Shown piece by piece: positions 12,935-24,147 of a stretch of 64,000 nt of DNA. The notes below the pieces were generated by a model. That model did not search any database. It had not been told where the DNA came from and worked only from the letters and a program-made list of their open reading frames with translations. This DNA comes from Acidobacteriota bacterium (GTDB lineage: Bacteria > Acidobacteriota > UBA890 > WLXD01). The stretch is taken from NCBI GenBank assembly GCA_963666215.2, contig CAXWPL010000001.1, positions 640,001 through 704,000 on the forward strand, written 5' to 3'. A program made the translations under genes and the position numbers. Every line of letters begins with the position of its first letter. The stretch's first letter is position 1.

Positions 12935-13483
12935 CTACTGCGGCGGGCCGAGCGGGCTCGGCGCGCAGCCCTCCGGCTCGACGGTGTAGGCGATGCCGGC
13001 TACACGCCAGCGCCCGTCCGACTTCACAAGGGTGAACGCGTCTACGCCGCAGTGACTGAAGGCGCCGTTGATGTGGAAGTCGTACGGCGTCCACACCTGA
13101 GCAATCGGACCGTGAACCGACACTTCCGAGTCCCACGCGCGCTCGAGAAGCCTGGTCCCTCGATCGCCGATCTGCTTGGCGAAGCTCGCGTGCGCGGTGC
13201 TGCGAACAGTGCCATCGGGGCCTACCGAATAGAACCGTCCGTCGGCGGTGAGCACCTCCGACGCCGCGGCAGTGTCGCCGCGGCTCATAACGTCGAAGAA
13301 CGCCTGCACCGCCGCCAGAACCGCCGCTCTCTCGTCATCGCTCGCACTCGCGCGCTGCCAAGACACTTCCACAGCGGCAGCGACCGGCGCGACGACACGC
13401 AGCGAGAACGTCATCAAACCGATCACCACCGCACCCGCGACCACTACCAGAATCGACTTGGCTCGCTTCGTAGTTCTTTTCAT
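12935..13483 (-). CDS. Secreted NTF2-like (DUF4440-type) protein
   Basis: IAQVWTPYDFHINGAFSHCGVDAFTLVK; N-terminal hydrophobic helix. Confidence 0.75.
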   Translation of the reverse strand: MKRTTKRAKSILVVVAGAVVIGLMTFSLRVVAPVAAAVEVSWQRASASDDERAAVLAAVQAFFDVMSRGDTAAASEVLTADGRFYSVGPDGTVRSTAHASFAKQIGDRGTRLLERAWDSEVSVHGPIAQVWTPYDFHINGAFSHCGVDAFTLVKSDGRWRVAGIAYTVEPEGCAPSPLGPPQ

Positions 13484-13496
13484 GGATTCAGACACC

Positions 13497-14282
13497 TCAC
13501 ACGTAAAGGGCCAACCAGGCCATCAGAGCCAGGCCGGCCGTGATCAACACGATCTTCAGGCCTCGGTCGGCTCGGCTTTCGAGCTCTTCGCCCAAGATCT
13601 CGAAGATCGAGATATAGAGGAACGTACCCGCGGCGAGGCCGTCGAACACTCCTTCGAGCATGCGGGCGTGAGCGCCGATCTGTTCGGCGAGCCCCTGCGC
13701 GGCCAGCTCCCCGAGCAAGATCCCGAGCGGTGTGACCGCGGCGAACAGCCAGATCATCGAGCGCTGCCGCGGCTCGGCCAGGCGACTGCGACCCAGGTTG
13801 ACGCCCAGCGCGAAGGCGGCCGACCCCTTGTGCACGATGATCGCGATGAAGATGACCACGGCGCCAGCGAGAGTCGGATCGAGCCCCATCGCGATTCCCG
13901 CGACGAATGAGTGCACCGACAACATGAGCATCAGCAGGTAGACGATCAATCGGCGGCGCATCGCGCCCACCGGACGCTCCTGCCCCAGCGCCGGCAACGG
14001 CCCACCGATGGCCCGGCCAATCAGCAGCATCGCGACGAACCCGAGCGAGCACAGCAGGTAGGCGAGCGGATAGTCCACCACGCCGTCGAGCAGCTCGACG
14101 CTGTCGCCGAGCATGTGCAACGTGCCGGTACCCAGGAGAATCCCGCCGGCCAGCGCGTTGGCAAGCGAGAAGAACCGCCGCGTGACATCGGAAAACCCGA
14201 TCCGCAGCGGCAACAGTCCACCGAGAATCGCCACAACGAAGGTCGCGACAGCGGCAAGCAGCTTGAAGGCGAAGAGACTCAT
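13497..14282 (-). CDS. ZIP-family metal transporter
   Basis: LHML, LSVHSFVAG, IIVHKG, LAAGTFLYIS. Confidence 0.88.
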   Translation of the reverse strand: MSLFAFKLLAAVATFVVAILGGLLPLRIGFSDVTRRFFSLANALAGGILLGTGTLHMLGDSVELLDGVVDYPLAYLLCSLGFVAMLLIGRAIGGPLPALGQERPVGAMRRRLIVYLLMLMLSVHSFVAGIAMGLDPTLAGAVVIFIAIIVHKGSAAFALGVNLGRSRLAEPRQRSMIWLFAAVTPLGILLGELAAQGLAEQIGAHARMLEGVFDGLAAGTFLYISIFEILGEELESRADRGLKIVLITAGLALMAWLALYV

Positions 14283-14442
14283 CTGTACGGGTCGGGCGCG
14301 CGGCGCAGAAACAAGCGCTCGGGAGTCTGACGCGAACCAGGGTGCACCCGGCCCGAGAACGCGGGTAGTCTACGCGGTTGCCATCGACCGCTCGACGCGA
14401 TTGCCGTTTCTGCCGCGCGCACCTACCAGGAGAGAGTCACCC

Positions 14443-16005
14443 ATGTCCCTTCGTCTTCGAAACCCGCTTGCCGTTCTCGTGGTTCTGTTCCTGCTCGCCC
14501 CACTCGCACCATCGGCGTTCGTCTCGAGTCGTCCGGCCCACGCCGCGCTGCAGCAGGACGCCCAGCTCGCCATCGTCGGGGCAACGATCATCGACGGCCA
14601 CGGCGGTGAGCCGCTCCGCGACGGCACCCTCATCGTGTCGGGCGACCGGATCGCCGCGATCGGCCCGAGCTCCGAGATCGACGTTCCGGCCGGCGCACGC
14701 GTGATCGAGGCCGCCGGCAAGTTCGTGACCCCCGGCTTCATCGACACCAACGTCCATCTGTCGCTGTACGGGGGCAACACCAACGCGCGCTACGAGACGC
14801 TGGTGCGCTACGAGGATCGCCAGCACGAGGTGGTTCTCGAAGCGGCGCAGCTGCAGCTCAAGTACGGCTTCACAACTGTGCGCGACAGCTACGGCGTGCT
14901 CGAGCCCTTGATTCGTGTGCGCGACGCCATTGAGCGCGGCGAGGCGATGGGCCCGCGGATGCTCGTGGCGGGCAACATCGTCGGCTGGGGCGGTCCGTTC
15001 TCGATCACCTTCGCGCTCACCCCGGAGTCGAACCTCAGCGTCTTTCAGGAGCGCATGAACGACTGGATCGCCCAGGGCACGGGCGAAGAGCTCCTCGACA
15101 TGACACCCGCCGAGCTGCGTGTCGCCATCAACGCCTACCTCGACAAGGGTCCCGACTTCATCAAGTACGGCGGCACCAGTCACTTCGCCTGGCCGGTGCT
15201 GATTGCCTTCTCCCCAGCGCAGCAGCAGGTGATCGTTGAGGAAACCCACAAGCGCGGCCTCGTCGCCGAAACCCACTCCACCTCGCTCGAGGGGCTACGC
15301 CTTTCGGTCGAGGCCGGCATTGACCTGATACAGCACCCCGAGATCGTCAACCCTCGCGAGCTCACCGACGAGCTCGCCGAAGAGATCGCCCGCCGCGGCG
15401 TCATCTGCTCGATGCTGGTCAACACGATGACCGGCGACGTCTGGCAAGAACACCTGAAGGCTCGAGAAGCGGCAGAGAAGCACGTTGCCGACAACCCTGA
15501 GCCGCTCACCGGCCACCAGGCCAACCCGATACCGCGAGCGCGGACAACAGCCGAGATGCGCCGTGACGACGACGCGATGGGAGTCGGCCTCGAGCTGCGC
15601 CGTGCCAACGCCATCAAGCTCATCGAGAAGGACTGCATCGTCACGATCGGCACCGACAACTACCGTCGCGCCGCTCCGGAGCTCGCCCGCGGGCCGAAGC
15701 CCGAGAACCAGGACCACGGCATCGGCTCGATCATCGCCATCGAGGGTCTCGTCGAGCTCGGCATGACGCCCATGGAAGCACTCGTTGCCGCCACCAAGAA
15801 CGGCGCAATGGCGAGCCGTGGCCTCGACGACTACGGGACTCTTGAAAAGAGCAAGCTCGCCGACCTGCTCATCCTGGATGCCGACCCGCTTGCGGACATC
15901 GGCAACATCAGGAAGCTGTCGATGGTAATGAAGGGCGGCGTCGTGGTGAATACCGAGGCGTTGCCCGAGAACGCGATCTTCTACCGGCGCCCGCAGTCGC
16001 GGTAG
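14443..16005 (+). CDS. Secreted amidohydrolase-superfamily protein
   Basis: PGFIDTNVH, GFTTVRD, GTD, ADLLILDADPL; signal peptide; AGGAG RBS. Confidence 0.88.
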   Translation: MSLRLRNPLAVLVVLFLLAPLAPSAFVSSRPAHAALQQDAQLAIVGATIIDGHGGEPLRDGTLIVSGDRIAAIGPSSEIDVPAGARVIEAAGKFVTPGFIDTNVHLSLYGGNTNARYETLVRYEDRQHEVVLEAAQLQLKYGFTTVRDSYGVLEPLIRVRDAIERGEAMGPRMLVAGNIVGWGGPFSITFALTPESNLSVFQERMNDWIAQGTGEELLDMTPAELRVAINAYLDKGPDFIKYGGTSHFAWPVLIAFSPAQQQVIVEETHKRGLVAETHSTSLEGLRLSVEAGIDLIQHPEIVNPRELTDELAEEIARRGVICSMLVNTMTGDVWQEHLKAREAAEKHVADNPEPLTGHQANPIPRARTTAEMRRDDDAMGVGLELRRANAIKLIEKDCIVTIGTDNYRRAAPELARGPKPENQDHGIGSIIAIEGLVELGMTPMEALVAATKNGAMASRGLDDYGTLEKSKLADLLILDADPLADIGNIRKLSMVMKGGVVVNTEALPENAIFYRRPQSR

Positions 16006-16127
16006 CTGCAACTCTGGTGGCGCTGGGGGCGGTGCTTGGGGGCATTTCAGACGCGCGGAGACGAGCCGGGGGGCATCTAGGCCGAAACTGAACGGTGCCC
16101 GCTGCCCCTCGCCCTCCTCCATCCCGC

Positions 16128-19100
16128 CTATTCCGAGCCCTCCTCCTCATCATCCGGCTTCGGCGGCCGCGGACGATCGATCCACAGCCGTACACCGCCT
16201 CCCCAGAAGGCGGAGCCGTTACGGTCGACCACATGCTCGCCTTCGTAGAGATAGTCGAGGATGGCCTTGTCCCACTGCAGGCCGGCGGTGGCAACGAGCT
16301 CCATCCAGTCTCCGTAGGCGGTCTCGTCGGGGGCCTCGGTGCCGCCGGTCCAGATGGTGATCTTCGGGTTGAAGCCGCCGCCGAACGAGCCCGGTTCGCC
16401 AGGCCGGCTGCCCTTGAGCGGCATCTGGATGTTGACGCCGTCGGTCATGTCGAGCCTATAGACCTCGGGCTCGAAGTCGCGCCCGTAGCGCTGGTAGCGG
16501 TCGTAGGTGCGCTGGTTGAGCGCCATCACGTTGTCGGCGGCATTGATGTAGCGGGTGATGTAGTCGCGAATCTTGAAGGCGGCGTCTTTGTGGTTCGGGT
16601 AGAGGGGATCGTCGATGTAGCCGAAACCGGGAATGAACCAGCCGCGGTTGACGCTCCAGTTGCGCTCCGTAATACGTCCACGACGAACCAAGCCGGCGTA
16701 CTCCGAAAACAGCTGTACAACCTCGTGCGACGGGTAGCCGTGCGGGTTCAGGAAGATGTCGGGTAGCCACGTTCGCCACAGATTCGGCCTGACCTTGGAC
16801 TCAGGATAGATCGGCATGTCCTCTCTGCTGCCCGACGTGGCGTCCATGCCGAGAGAGCCGAGATAGCCGGCGTGGAGGATCAAGTCGGGAGTTATTTCAT
16901 AAAGATCGTACGCAAGCTGGGCTCCGTCGGGGTTCGTGAACGGATGGATGACGACGTTGACGTCGAGCAGCTTCTTCTTGAACTCGTCGTCGGTGAGCAG
17001 CATCTCGCCGAGCTTGAGCACGTGGCTGGTCGACGAGACCTCGTTGGCGTGCTGGCGCGCCGAATAGACCACCGTGGGCTTGTTGGTGGTCGCCTTGTAC
17101 TGCGACCAGTGGCTTGCCTCGATGGGTGGCATCAGGTCGAGCGCCCAGGTGTCCTTGCCGAGGTAACTACGGCCCACCTTGTAGATGGTGGCCTCGGGGA
17201 ACGTCGACATGCGCGCCAGAATCGCGTGGCCCTCGGGCGGCGGAATCGGGGTCTCCCACTGAACGAGATTTTCGCCACCGTAGGAGTAGCTGCTCTCGGG
17301 GGTCAGATCGGCAACCGACGCATAGGGCTCGGGGGTCCCGTTAGCCGGAAGCATCGCGGTGACCTGGGTCTCCGCGGTGATGTCCCAGTCCCAGCCAGCC
17401 GCCAGCGTGATCGATCCGAGGCCGTGGAATGCGAGCTCGTCGCGATAGAGGCCGCGGCCACGAAGCGCGCCGAGATTCTCGATCATCGACGTCGCCTGCG
17501 CGGCGGTGAAAATCCGTGTGTCGATCTGCAGCGCGTCGGCCTGGTTCAGCAGATCACGGCGCTCGTCGGCCTCGAAGTCGACCTTGACGCGCAGAGTCAT
17601 GCTGTCGAGGCCCTCGTGCCCTGCGCTCACCGTGGCAGCCAGCGCCGCCGGGCGCTCGACAGTTGATCGCGGCACATCGCGACGAAGCTGATGCTCCTCA
17701 TCATCGCTCACGTAGTCGATGACGACGGCCGGCCGGTTGGTGGCAAAGCCGGTGAGCCGAATCTTGGCGGTGCCGGCGGCGCCGTCGCCCTTGGGACGCA
17801 TGATCGGGATGACCCGCCCGATGAACTGCAGCTCCTCACCGCGGGCCATGCGGCCGAGCATGCGGAAGAAGAACAACGTCGGGAAGTAGACCTCCTCGTG
17901 GAGCGAGTCCATCGACGAGATGTACTCCTTGTCGATGCCGAGCAGGTAATCGGGCTCGCTGAGGTTGACCTCGACGGTCAGCTCACCGAAGTAGGGAGCG
18001 TCGGCGGCGCGTGGGTTGCCCTCGCTCTGCTCCATGACGCGGTCGTAGAGCGCCGGCAACGTCTTCGACTGGTAGTGATCCCAGAAGCGCTCGACGTCGG
18101 TGATGATGCGCTCGTCAACCAGGTTTCGGCCGTCGGCGCTGGCCGTCAGCCAGCCCGTGGTCACGCGCACCATCTCGTAGTCGACGAAGCGATCGTAGTG
18201 CGGCCGCAGCACGTACTTGGGCTCAAAGGTACGGCGCAGCGTCTCGGCGCCGTCGCCACCCGTGACGATGACCTCGTAGGTGGCCGCGTCGGGTGGCATC
18301 ATCGCGAAGTCGACGAGCTCCGGGTCGAGAGACAGGGTGCCCGTGATGACCTCGTCGATCGGCCAGGCCTCCTTCAGCCAGCGGACCGGGCTGAACATCG
18401 CCTGCTGCGGCCAGTCTTCCGGTGCAATCGTCTCGGCGAAGTTGATGCGCACGCCGCCAATCGCCTGGTCGCCTCCGGCCTCTTGCATAGCCTGCAGCTC
18501 GGGAAGGATTTTCTCGCGCAGCCACGAGAAGCCCTGCTTGAACGCCGAGAGCACGATGACCTCGGTCGTGTCGGCGTCGGCGCCCGCGTCGACGAGCATC
18601 TTCGTCGCCTCTTGGGCGATGTGCTGTCGCACCTCGGGCGGCTCGCTCAGGCGAGCCTCGAGCTTGACGGCTCGATTGCGACGGACACCGGGCAGCACGC
18701 GGCTGTTGAATAGACGCCAGAAATCATCGACCTCAGAGTCGATCTCGATCTCTTCGTCGAACACGAGCGCGGCGTTCTGCACATCGCGGTTGTCGAGCTG
18801 CACCGTGAGATCGTTGATTCCCAGCGGCGCCAGGCGTTCGCGAACCACGGCCTCGAGGCCGGGCTCGATCTTCTCCAGCGATACGGTCACGGCGGCCGAG
18901 TCGATGGACCTGCCCTGCAGCTCGTCGACCATCTGATCGAGCTTGTAGAGCGCCGCCGCCGCCTGCCCGCCGGGGCTGCGCTGCGACAGGAAGCGCCACA
19001 TCCCCATCTCCACATCGTCGACCTTGGAGCGGTCCTTGCCGTGCTCGGAGAGGTTAGGGAAGCGCTCCGAGAGCTGCTCTAGAGCGCGCGCCACGCCGGC

Positions 19101-20486
19101 CGCGTCTCCGCCGGTGACCACCAATGCACGCTTGTCACCGAAAGCATCCGGGACGACTTCGATGAGACCCTCGCCCGCGCCCAGGCCCGCGAGTTTCTCG
19201 GAGTCGATCTTGTCGTCTTCGACGAGCTCTTCGATGAGTGGATGATCGGCACCGATGATGACCAGGGTTGGCTCCGAGTCAGCCTCTTCGATCTCGTCGG
19301 GTGTGCGGGCGAGCGGCAGGGTGATGCCGGCCGACTCGAGCCCCAGACGCGCTGCCAGGTCAATGACCCCGTCGGTACCGTCGCCGGTGGCGCTGAGCAC
19401 GGCGTCGATGCGGTCGGGAATGACGTTGCTGTCGGAGTCACCCAGCAGTCCTTCGGCGTCGTACAGGACCGACAGGTCGAGGTCGTTCTTGCCGCCACTG
19501 CCCGGGCGACCCGGGGTCGGGCGCGAGGGAGCCTCCGGCTCCACTTGCGGAACCTCGACCATCGCCGACGCGCCGCCGGCGGAGAGTGACACGTTCAAGG
19601 TCTCGGCCCCGGCATAGGACAGCAGCTGGGTCGGGTCGGCCTCGTGGCCATTGTCGTCGCCCTCGTCGTGGTCGCCCTCCTCGCCTTCCTGATGATCGGC
19701 TTCGGAGTCGCCACCCATCTCCTCCATTTCGGCCTTCGCCGCCTCCCTACGCGCCGGCACGTCGGCCAGCGCGGCGCGAGCGCGCTGCACGTCGGCCGCG
19801 GACGCCAGCTCGACCGCGACCTCAACGGACGCGAAGCCGCCATCACCGTCGGCCGAGACACGAATCGCGGGCACACTGACCCTCGCGACGGTGATCTCCT
19901 CATCGCTCAGATAGGTCTCGAGAGCCTCGATCAGATCGGCGAGCGTGGCGCCCTTCGCAACGCCGACGTTCGGCAAACGTCCGGCAAAAGCGGCGGCCGC
20001 TGCCCGCGTACCGGCGTCGTCCGCCCCGGCGATCACCACCCACTGCCCAGCCGGCGCGCTGACGCGCGTAACCAGACCCTCACCCTCGGCGAGCCCCTGG
20101 AGCGCCGGCACATCAATGCCGGCACGGGCAACACCACCGCGGCCGATCGCGATACCAATGCCGTCCGTGGGGGCAGTGCGGGACACGGGGATGTCCATCG
20201 CCATGGTCTCGAACCCGAGCCGCGCGGCGACATCGATGGCGGCGGCCAGGTCGGCGTCGGAACGGTCGGCGCCGGTTCCGAGTACGAGACCGGTCTCAAC
20301 GAAGTCGACGAAGTCGTCGCCGTTGCGGTCCTGGAACACGAGACCCGTGTCGAACAGATCTTCGAGGCCACCGGGCGCGGTCGACTGCCCTCCAGCGAGC
20401 GACACCGAACCGACGATGCTGATCAGCAGCACGGCCATGACGGGCAACGATTTCCAACTGCGCGGGGCGATTCCGGTTCGTCTCAT
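16128..20486 (-). CDS. Giant (1452 aa) secreted M14-family Zn metallopeptidase
   Basis: QHANE (HxxE), NPDG and NPHG motifs in the C-terminal domain; signal peptide. Confidence 0.8.
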   Translation of the reverse strand: MRRTGIAPRSWKSLPVMAVLLISIVGSVSLAGGQSTAPGGLEDLFDTGLVFQDRNGDDFVDFVETGLVLGTGADRSDADLAAAIDVAARLGFETMAMDIPVSRTAPTDGIGIAIGRGGVARAGIDVPALQGLAEGEGLVTRVSAPAGQWVVIAGADDAGTRAAAAAFAGRLPNVGVAKGATLADLIEALETYLSDEEITVARVSVPAIRVSADGDGGFASVEVAVELASAADVQRARAALADVPARREAAKAEMEEMGGDSEADHQEGEEGDHDEGDDNGHEADPTQLLSYAGAETLNVSLSAGGASAMVEVPQVEPEAPSRPTPGRPGSGGKNDLDLSVLYDAEGLLGDSDSNVIPDRIDAVLSATGDGTDGVIDLAARLGLESAGITLPLARTPDEIEEADSEPTLVIIGADHPLIEELVEDDKIDSEKLAGLGAGEGLIEVVPDAFGDKRALVVTGGDAAGVARALEQLSERFPNLSEHGKDRSKVDDVEMGMWRFLSQRSPGGQAAAALYKLDQMVDELQGRSIDSAAVTVSLEKIEPGLEAVVRERLAPLGINDLTVQLDNRDVQNAALVFDEEIEIDSEVDDFWRLFNSRVLPGVRRNRAVKLEARLSEPPEVRQHIAQEATKMLVDAGADADTTEVIVLSAFKQGFSWLREKILPELQAMQEAGGDQAIGGVRINFAETIAPEDWPQQAMFSPVRWLKEAWPIDEVITGTLSLDPELVDFAMMPPDAATYEVIVTGGDGAETLRRTFEPKYVLRPHYDRFVDYEMVRVTTGWLTASADGRNLVDERIITDVERFWDHYQSKTLPALYDRVMEQSEGNPRAADAPYFGELTVEVNLSEPDYLLGIDKEYISSMDSLHEEVYFPTLFFFRMLGRMARGEELQFIGRVIPIMRPKGDGAAGTAKIRLTGFATNRPAVVIDYVSDDEEHQLRRDVPRSTVERPAALAATVSAGHEGLDSMTLRVKVDFEADERRDLLNQADALQIDTRIFTAAQATSMIENLGALRGRGLYRDELAFHGLGSITLAAGWDWDITAETQVTAMLPANGTPEPYASVADLTPESSYSYGGENLVQWETPIPPPEGHAILARMSTFPEATIYKVGRSYLGKDTWALDLMPPIEASHWSQYKATTNKPTVVYSARQHANEVSSTSHVLKLGEMLLTDDEFKKKLLDVNVVIHPFTNPDGAQLAYDLYEITPDLILHAGYLGSLGMDATSGSREDMPIYPESKVRPNLWRTWLPDIFLNPHGYPSHEVVQLFSEYAGLVRRGRITERNWSVNRGWFIPGFGYIDDPLYPNHKDAAFKIRDYITRYINAADNVMALNQRTYDRYQRYGRDFEPEVYRLDMTDGVNIQMPLKGSRPGEPGSFGGGFNPKITIWTGGTEAPDETAYGDWMELVATAGLQWDKAILDYLYEGEHVVDRNGSAFWGGGVRLWIDRPRPPKPDDEEEGSE

Positions 20487-20500
20487 GTTCTGTTCCTTCG

Positions 20501-22168
20501 CTACTTGGTGACGTCCGAGGACCCTGTGTCGGCCGGAGCGGCCTGGGTCGTCTGGGAAGTCTGGGGAGTCTCAGGGGATTGGGGCTGTCCGAAGCCGGCG
20601 CCGCCGGGGCTTCGCACGCTGATGATGTCGCCTGCCTTCAGCCAGGCGGTAGCTTTGCCGGGAAGATCGCGCTCGCCGTCCGCCGTGATGAGCACGTTGC
20701 GACCCGCTTTGCTCGGCTCGCCACCGGCGAGGCCGTAGGGTCGCGTGACGCGTCGGTCGCTGAGGATCGTCAGCTCCGCCGGGACCAGCAACTCGAGCTC
20801 GCGACGAATGCCGTCGCCGCCGCGATGCTTGCCCGCGCCTCCCGAACCGCGTCGGATCTCGTAGCGTCGGACGCGGAACGGGTAGGCGTGCTCGAGAGCT
20901 TCCACGGGCGTGTTGAGGCTGTTGGTCATGTGGGTATGGGTCGCGCTCAGACCGTCGAGATGTGGGCGCGCCCCCATACCGCCGGCGACAGTCTCGTAGT
21001 ACGCGAAGCGCGCACCCTCGAGGTCCGTCCCGCCGAGGGTGATGTTATTCATGGTGCCGCTGCTGGCGGCCGGGATGATGTCGGGAATCGCCTGCGCCAG
21101 CGCGCCCAGCACCGTGTCGACGATGCGCTGCGAGGTCTCTACATTGCCGGCCGCCACTGCGGCTGGCAGCAAGGCGTTGACCAGCGAGCCCTCCGGAGCA
21201 CGGACGTCCAGAGGCACGAGCGTCCCGTAGTTCGACGGAATCGGGAACGGCACGATGATCCGGAAGCAATAGAACACCGCCGACAGCGCGATCGCGTAGT
21301 TCGCGTTGATGCTGCCGGCGGCCTGAGGAGCCGTGCCCGCGAAGTCGATGAGCGCAGTGTCGTCCGTGATCTCGATCGAGACCTTGATCGGCAGCGGCCC
21401 GTTTCCCTGGCCGTCGTCGTCCATCGCGTCTTCAAACCGGTAGATGCCGTCGGGAATCGAGCGGATGGCCTCGCGCGTCATGCGCTCGGCGTAGGCCAGC
21501 AGGTGGTCGACGTACGTATTGACCTCGTCGAGCCCGTATTTCTCGACAATCGCACGCAGGCGGCGCTCTCCCGTCTTGTTCGACGCGATCTGCGCCGTCA
21601 AGTCTCCTTCGCGCTCACGCGGCGTGCGGACGTTGGCGAGGATGAGGCTCATGACCTCGCCCACCACCTCGCCCCCGCGCACCAGGTGCATCGGCGGAAT
21701 GCGGATGCCTTCCTGGTAGATCGACGTCGCCAATGGCATCGAGCCGGGAGTCATGCCGCCAACGTCGGAGTGGTGCGCGCGGTTGGCCACGAAGAACGCA
21801 GGCTCTTGACCGTCGCCAACGAACACGGGTTGCACCAGCGTGATGTCGGGCAGATGTGTGCCGCCGCAGAACGGGTCGTTGACGATAACCACGTCTCCGC
21901 GACCCATCGGCACGTTCTCGATCGCCGCCGATACCGACATCGGCATCGAGCCAAGATGCACCGGCATGTGGTCGCCCTGGGCGATCATGCGGCCAGCGCC
22001 GTCGAAGAGAGCACACGAGTAGTCGCGGCGCTCCTTGATGTTCGGCGAGAACGAGGTGCGGCAAAGAGCCACCCCCATCTCTTCCGCCGCCGAGTGGAAC
22101 AGGTTGCGGAAGATCTCCAGGCGAATCGGGTCGTACGCCGCCGCCGGCGCCGCTCGCGCCTCGCTCAT
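20501..22168 (-). CDS. Hydantoinase B / 5-oxoprolinase subunit
   Basis: [44 protein letters not shown]. Confidence 0.93.
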   Translation of the reverse strand: MSEARAAPAAAYDPIRLEIFRNLFHSAAEEMGVALCRTSFSPNIKERRDYSCALFDGAGRMIAQGDHMPVHLGSMPMSVSAAIENVPMGRGDVVIVNDPFCGGTHLPDITLVQPVFVGDGQEPAFFVANRAHHSDVGGMTPGSMPLATSIYQEGIRIPPMHLVRGGEVVGEVMSLILANVRTPREREGDLTAQIASNKTGERRLRAIVEKYGLDEVNTYVDHLLAYAERMTREAIRSIPDGIYRFEDAMDDDGQGNGPLPIKVSIEITDDTALIDFAGTAPQAAGSINANYAIALSAVFYCFRIIVPFPIPSNYGTLVPLDVRAPEGSLVNALLPAAVAAGNVETSQRIVDTVLGALAQAIPDIIPAASSGTMNNITLGGTDLEGARFAYYETVAGGMGARPHLDGLSATHTHMTNSLNTPVEALEHAYPFRVRRYEIRRGSGGAGKHRGGDGIRRELELLVPAELTILSDRRVTRPYGLAGGEPSKAGRNVLITADGERDLPGKATAWLKAGDIISVRSPGGAGFGQPQSPETPQTSQTTQAAPADTGSSDVTK

Positions 22169-24147
22169 GAGCTCATCTCGAGCACCACGTTGCCGTAGCC
22201 GTCCACGCGGCACCGGCATCCAGGAGGCACGACCGTCGTGGTGCTGTACTCCACGAGCAGTGCCGGCCCGGCGAAAGTGCTCCCAGGCTCCAGCCGCTCG
22301 CGGTCGACGAGCCTGGCCGCAACCCGCTCACCGTCGAAGATCATCTCGTGGTCGCCGATCACGGCGGCGGCCCCGCCAGATTCCGAGCCGATCGGCCTGC
22401 TCGCCAACGTCGGCTTCTCGGTAACCGCGATGGCTCGAATACGGACGTTGACGATCTCGGTAACACGCCGCGAGTCGCTGTAGCCGTAGCGTTTGTCATG
22501 AAGCCTATGGAACGCGGCGTCGAGTTGCGCTTGGACGGGGATCTCGAGCTCGTAGCCCTGGCCCAAATAGCGCATGTCGAGGCTGCGCCTGAAGCCGACC
22601 TGCGACGGCTCGAAACCATCGAGCGCAAACTGCTCGAGCGCCCTGGCCTCGAGACTGGCGAAGGCCGCGTCGAGGGTTCCCCCATCAGCAACATCAGTCG
22701 CCACCATCAGTGTTTGCGAGTAGTCGCGCACGATGTCGGCGAGCAGCATGCCGAGCGCCGACAGAATTCCGGCGGCGGCGGGAATGATTACGCGCGGAAT
22801 CCCCAGGTCGCGCGCCAGCGCCGCGGCGTGCATCGACCCCGCACCGCCGAACGACACCAGGCTGAAGTCGCGCGGGTCGAAGCCACGCTCCATTGAGATC
22901 ACTCGAATCGCCCCGGCCATCGTCGTGTTGGCAACGCTAACGATCCCCTCGGCGAGCTCCACCGACGACATCCCCATCGCCGTCGCGAGCCCAAGAATCG
23001 CCCCCTCGACCGGCGCCATGTCGAGCATGCTGCCGCCGCCCAGGAAGTGGGTGGGTGACAGACGGCCGAGGAACAGGTTGGCGTCGGTGACGGTGACATC
23101 GGTGCCGCCACGTCCGTAACAGATCGGCCCCGGAACGGCGCCCGCGCTCCGCGGTCCTACACGCAACGCACCACCGGGGTCTCGATACGCAATCGAGCCA
23201 CCGCCCGCCCCCACCGTGTGGATGTCGATCACGGGCAGCCGGATGGGCAGGCCGCCAACGCTCGACTCGGAGGTGCGCGCCGGCTCCCCCTGGCACAGGC
23301 TGACGTCGGTGCTCGTGCCACCCATGTCAAAGGTGATGACATCCGGATAACCCGCCAGCCGGCCCACCTCGACGCCGCCCACAACGCCGCCGGCCGGTCC
23401 CGACAGAATCGTCTGCACCGCCGAGCGGCGCGCCGCCTGCAGCGAAATCGAGCCACCGTTCGACTGCATGATTCGAATGCGCGGCCCCGGGAGTCGGTCG
23501 GCGAGCTCGCCGAGGTACCGCTGCATGATCGGGCCCACGTAGGCGTTCGCCACCGTGGTGCTGGTACGTTCGTACTCTCGAAACTCGGGCAACACCTGGT
23601 GCGACGCTGTGAGGAAGCCGTCGAATACCTCTTCCAGAGCCGCTACAACCAGGCGCTCATGTTCGGGGTTAGCGTAGGAGTGCAGCAGGCAGATCGCCAC
23701 CGACTCGAAGCCGCCAGCAGCGATCGCGCTGGCCACCTCGGCGGCATCACCCGCCTCCAGCGGCACGACGACCTCACCCTTCGTTCCCAGCCGTTCGCGC
23801 ACCCCGAAACGCGCCTGCCGCTCGACCAGCGGCGCGGGGCGAGTTACCGACAGGTCGTAGATCGCCGGGCGCGTCTGGCGACCAATCTCAAGAACGTCTT
23901 CGAAGCCCGCCGTGGTTGCCAACGCGGTGCGCGCACCGCGGCGCTCGAGCAGCGCGTTGGTGGCAACCGTGGAGCCGTGAACAACCTCGCCGATCTCGCT
24001 TCCGAGGTGCTCGAGCCCGGCGAGGATAGCCTCAGCCGGATTGGTGGGGGTCGAGGGCTCTTTGTGCACTCGTATCTCGTCGCCAGCCAGGACCACGAAG
24101 TCGGTGAACGTGCCGCCGGTGTCGATGCCGACGATGGCCGTCTTCAT
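22165..24147 (-). CDS. Hydantoinase A / 5-oxoprolinase ATPase subunit
   Basis: DTGGTFTD, SGPAGG, DMGGTSTD, GAGGGS. Confidence 0.93.
   Translation of the reverse strand: MKTAIVGIDTGGTFTDFVVLAGDEIRVHKEPSTPTNPAEAILAGLEHLGSEIGEVVHGSTVATNALLERRGARTALATTAGFEDVLEIGRQTRPAIYDLSVTRPAPLVERQARFGVRERLGTKGEVVVPLEAGDAAEVASAIAAGGFESVAICLLHSYANPEHERLVVAALEEVFDGFLTASHQVLPEFREYERTSTTVANAYVGPIMQRYLGELADRLPGPRIRIMQSNGGSISLQAARRSAVQTILSGPAGGVVGGVEVGRLAGYPDVITFDMGGTSTDVSLCQGEPARTSESSVGGLPIRLPVIDIHTVGAGGGSIAYRDPGGALRVGPRSAGAVPGPICYGRGGTDVTVTDANLFLGRLSPTHFLGGGSMLDMAPVEGAILGLATAMGMSSVELAEGIVSVANTTMAGAIRVISMERGFDPRDFSLVSFGGAGSMHAAALARDLGIPRVIIPAAAGILSALGMLLADIVRDYSQTLMVATDVADGGTLDAAFASLEARALEQFALDGFEPSQVGFRRSLDMRYLGQGYELEIPVQAQLDAAFHRLHDKRYGYSDSRRVTEIVNVRIRAIAVTEKPTLASRPIGSESGGAAAVIGDHEMIFDGERVAARLVDRERLEPGSTFAGPALLVEYSTTTVVPPGCRCRVDGYGNVVLEMSS

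Noticed and set aside
20541-20585. Degenerate 9-bp tandem repeat (GTCTGGGxA)
   Set aside because: Encodes a low-complexity QT-rich C-terminal tail; no spacers, so not CRISPR
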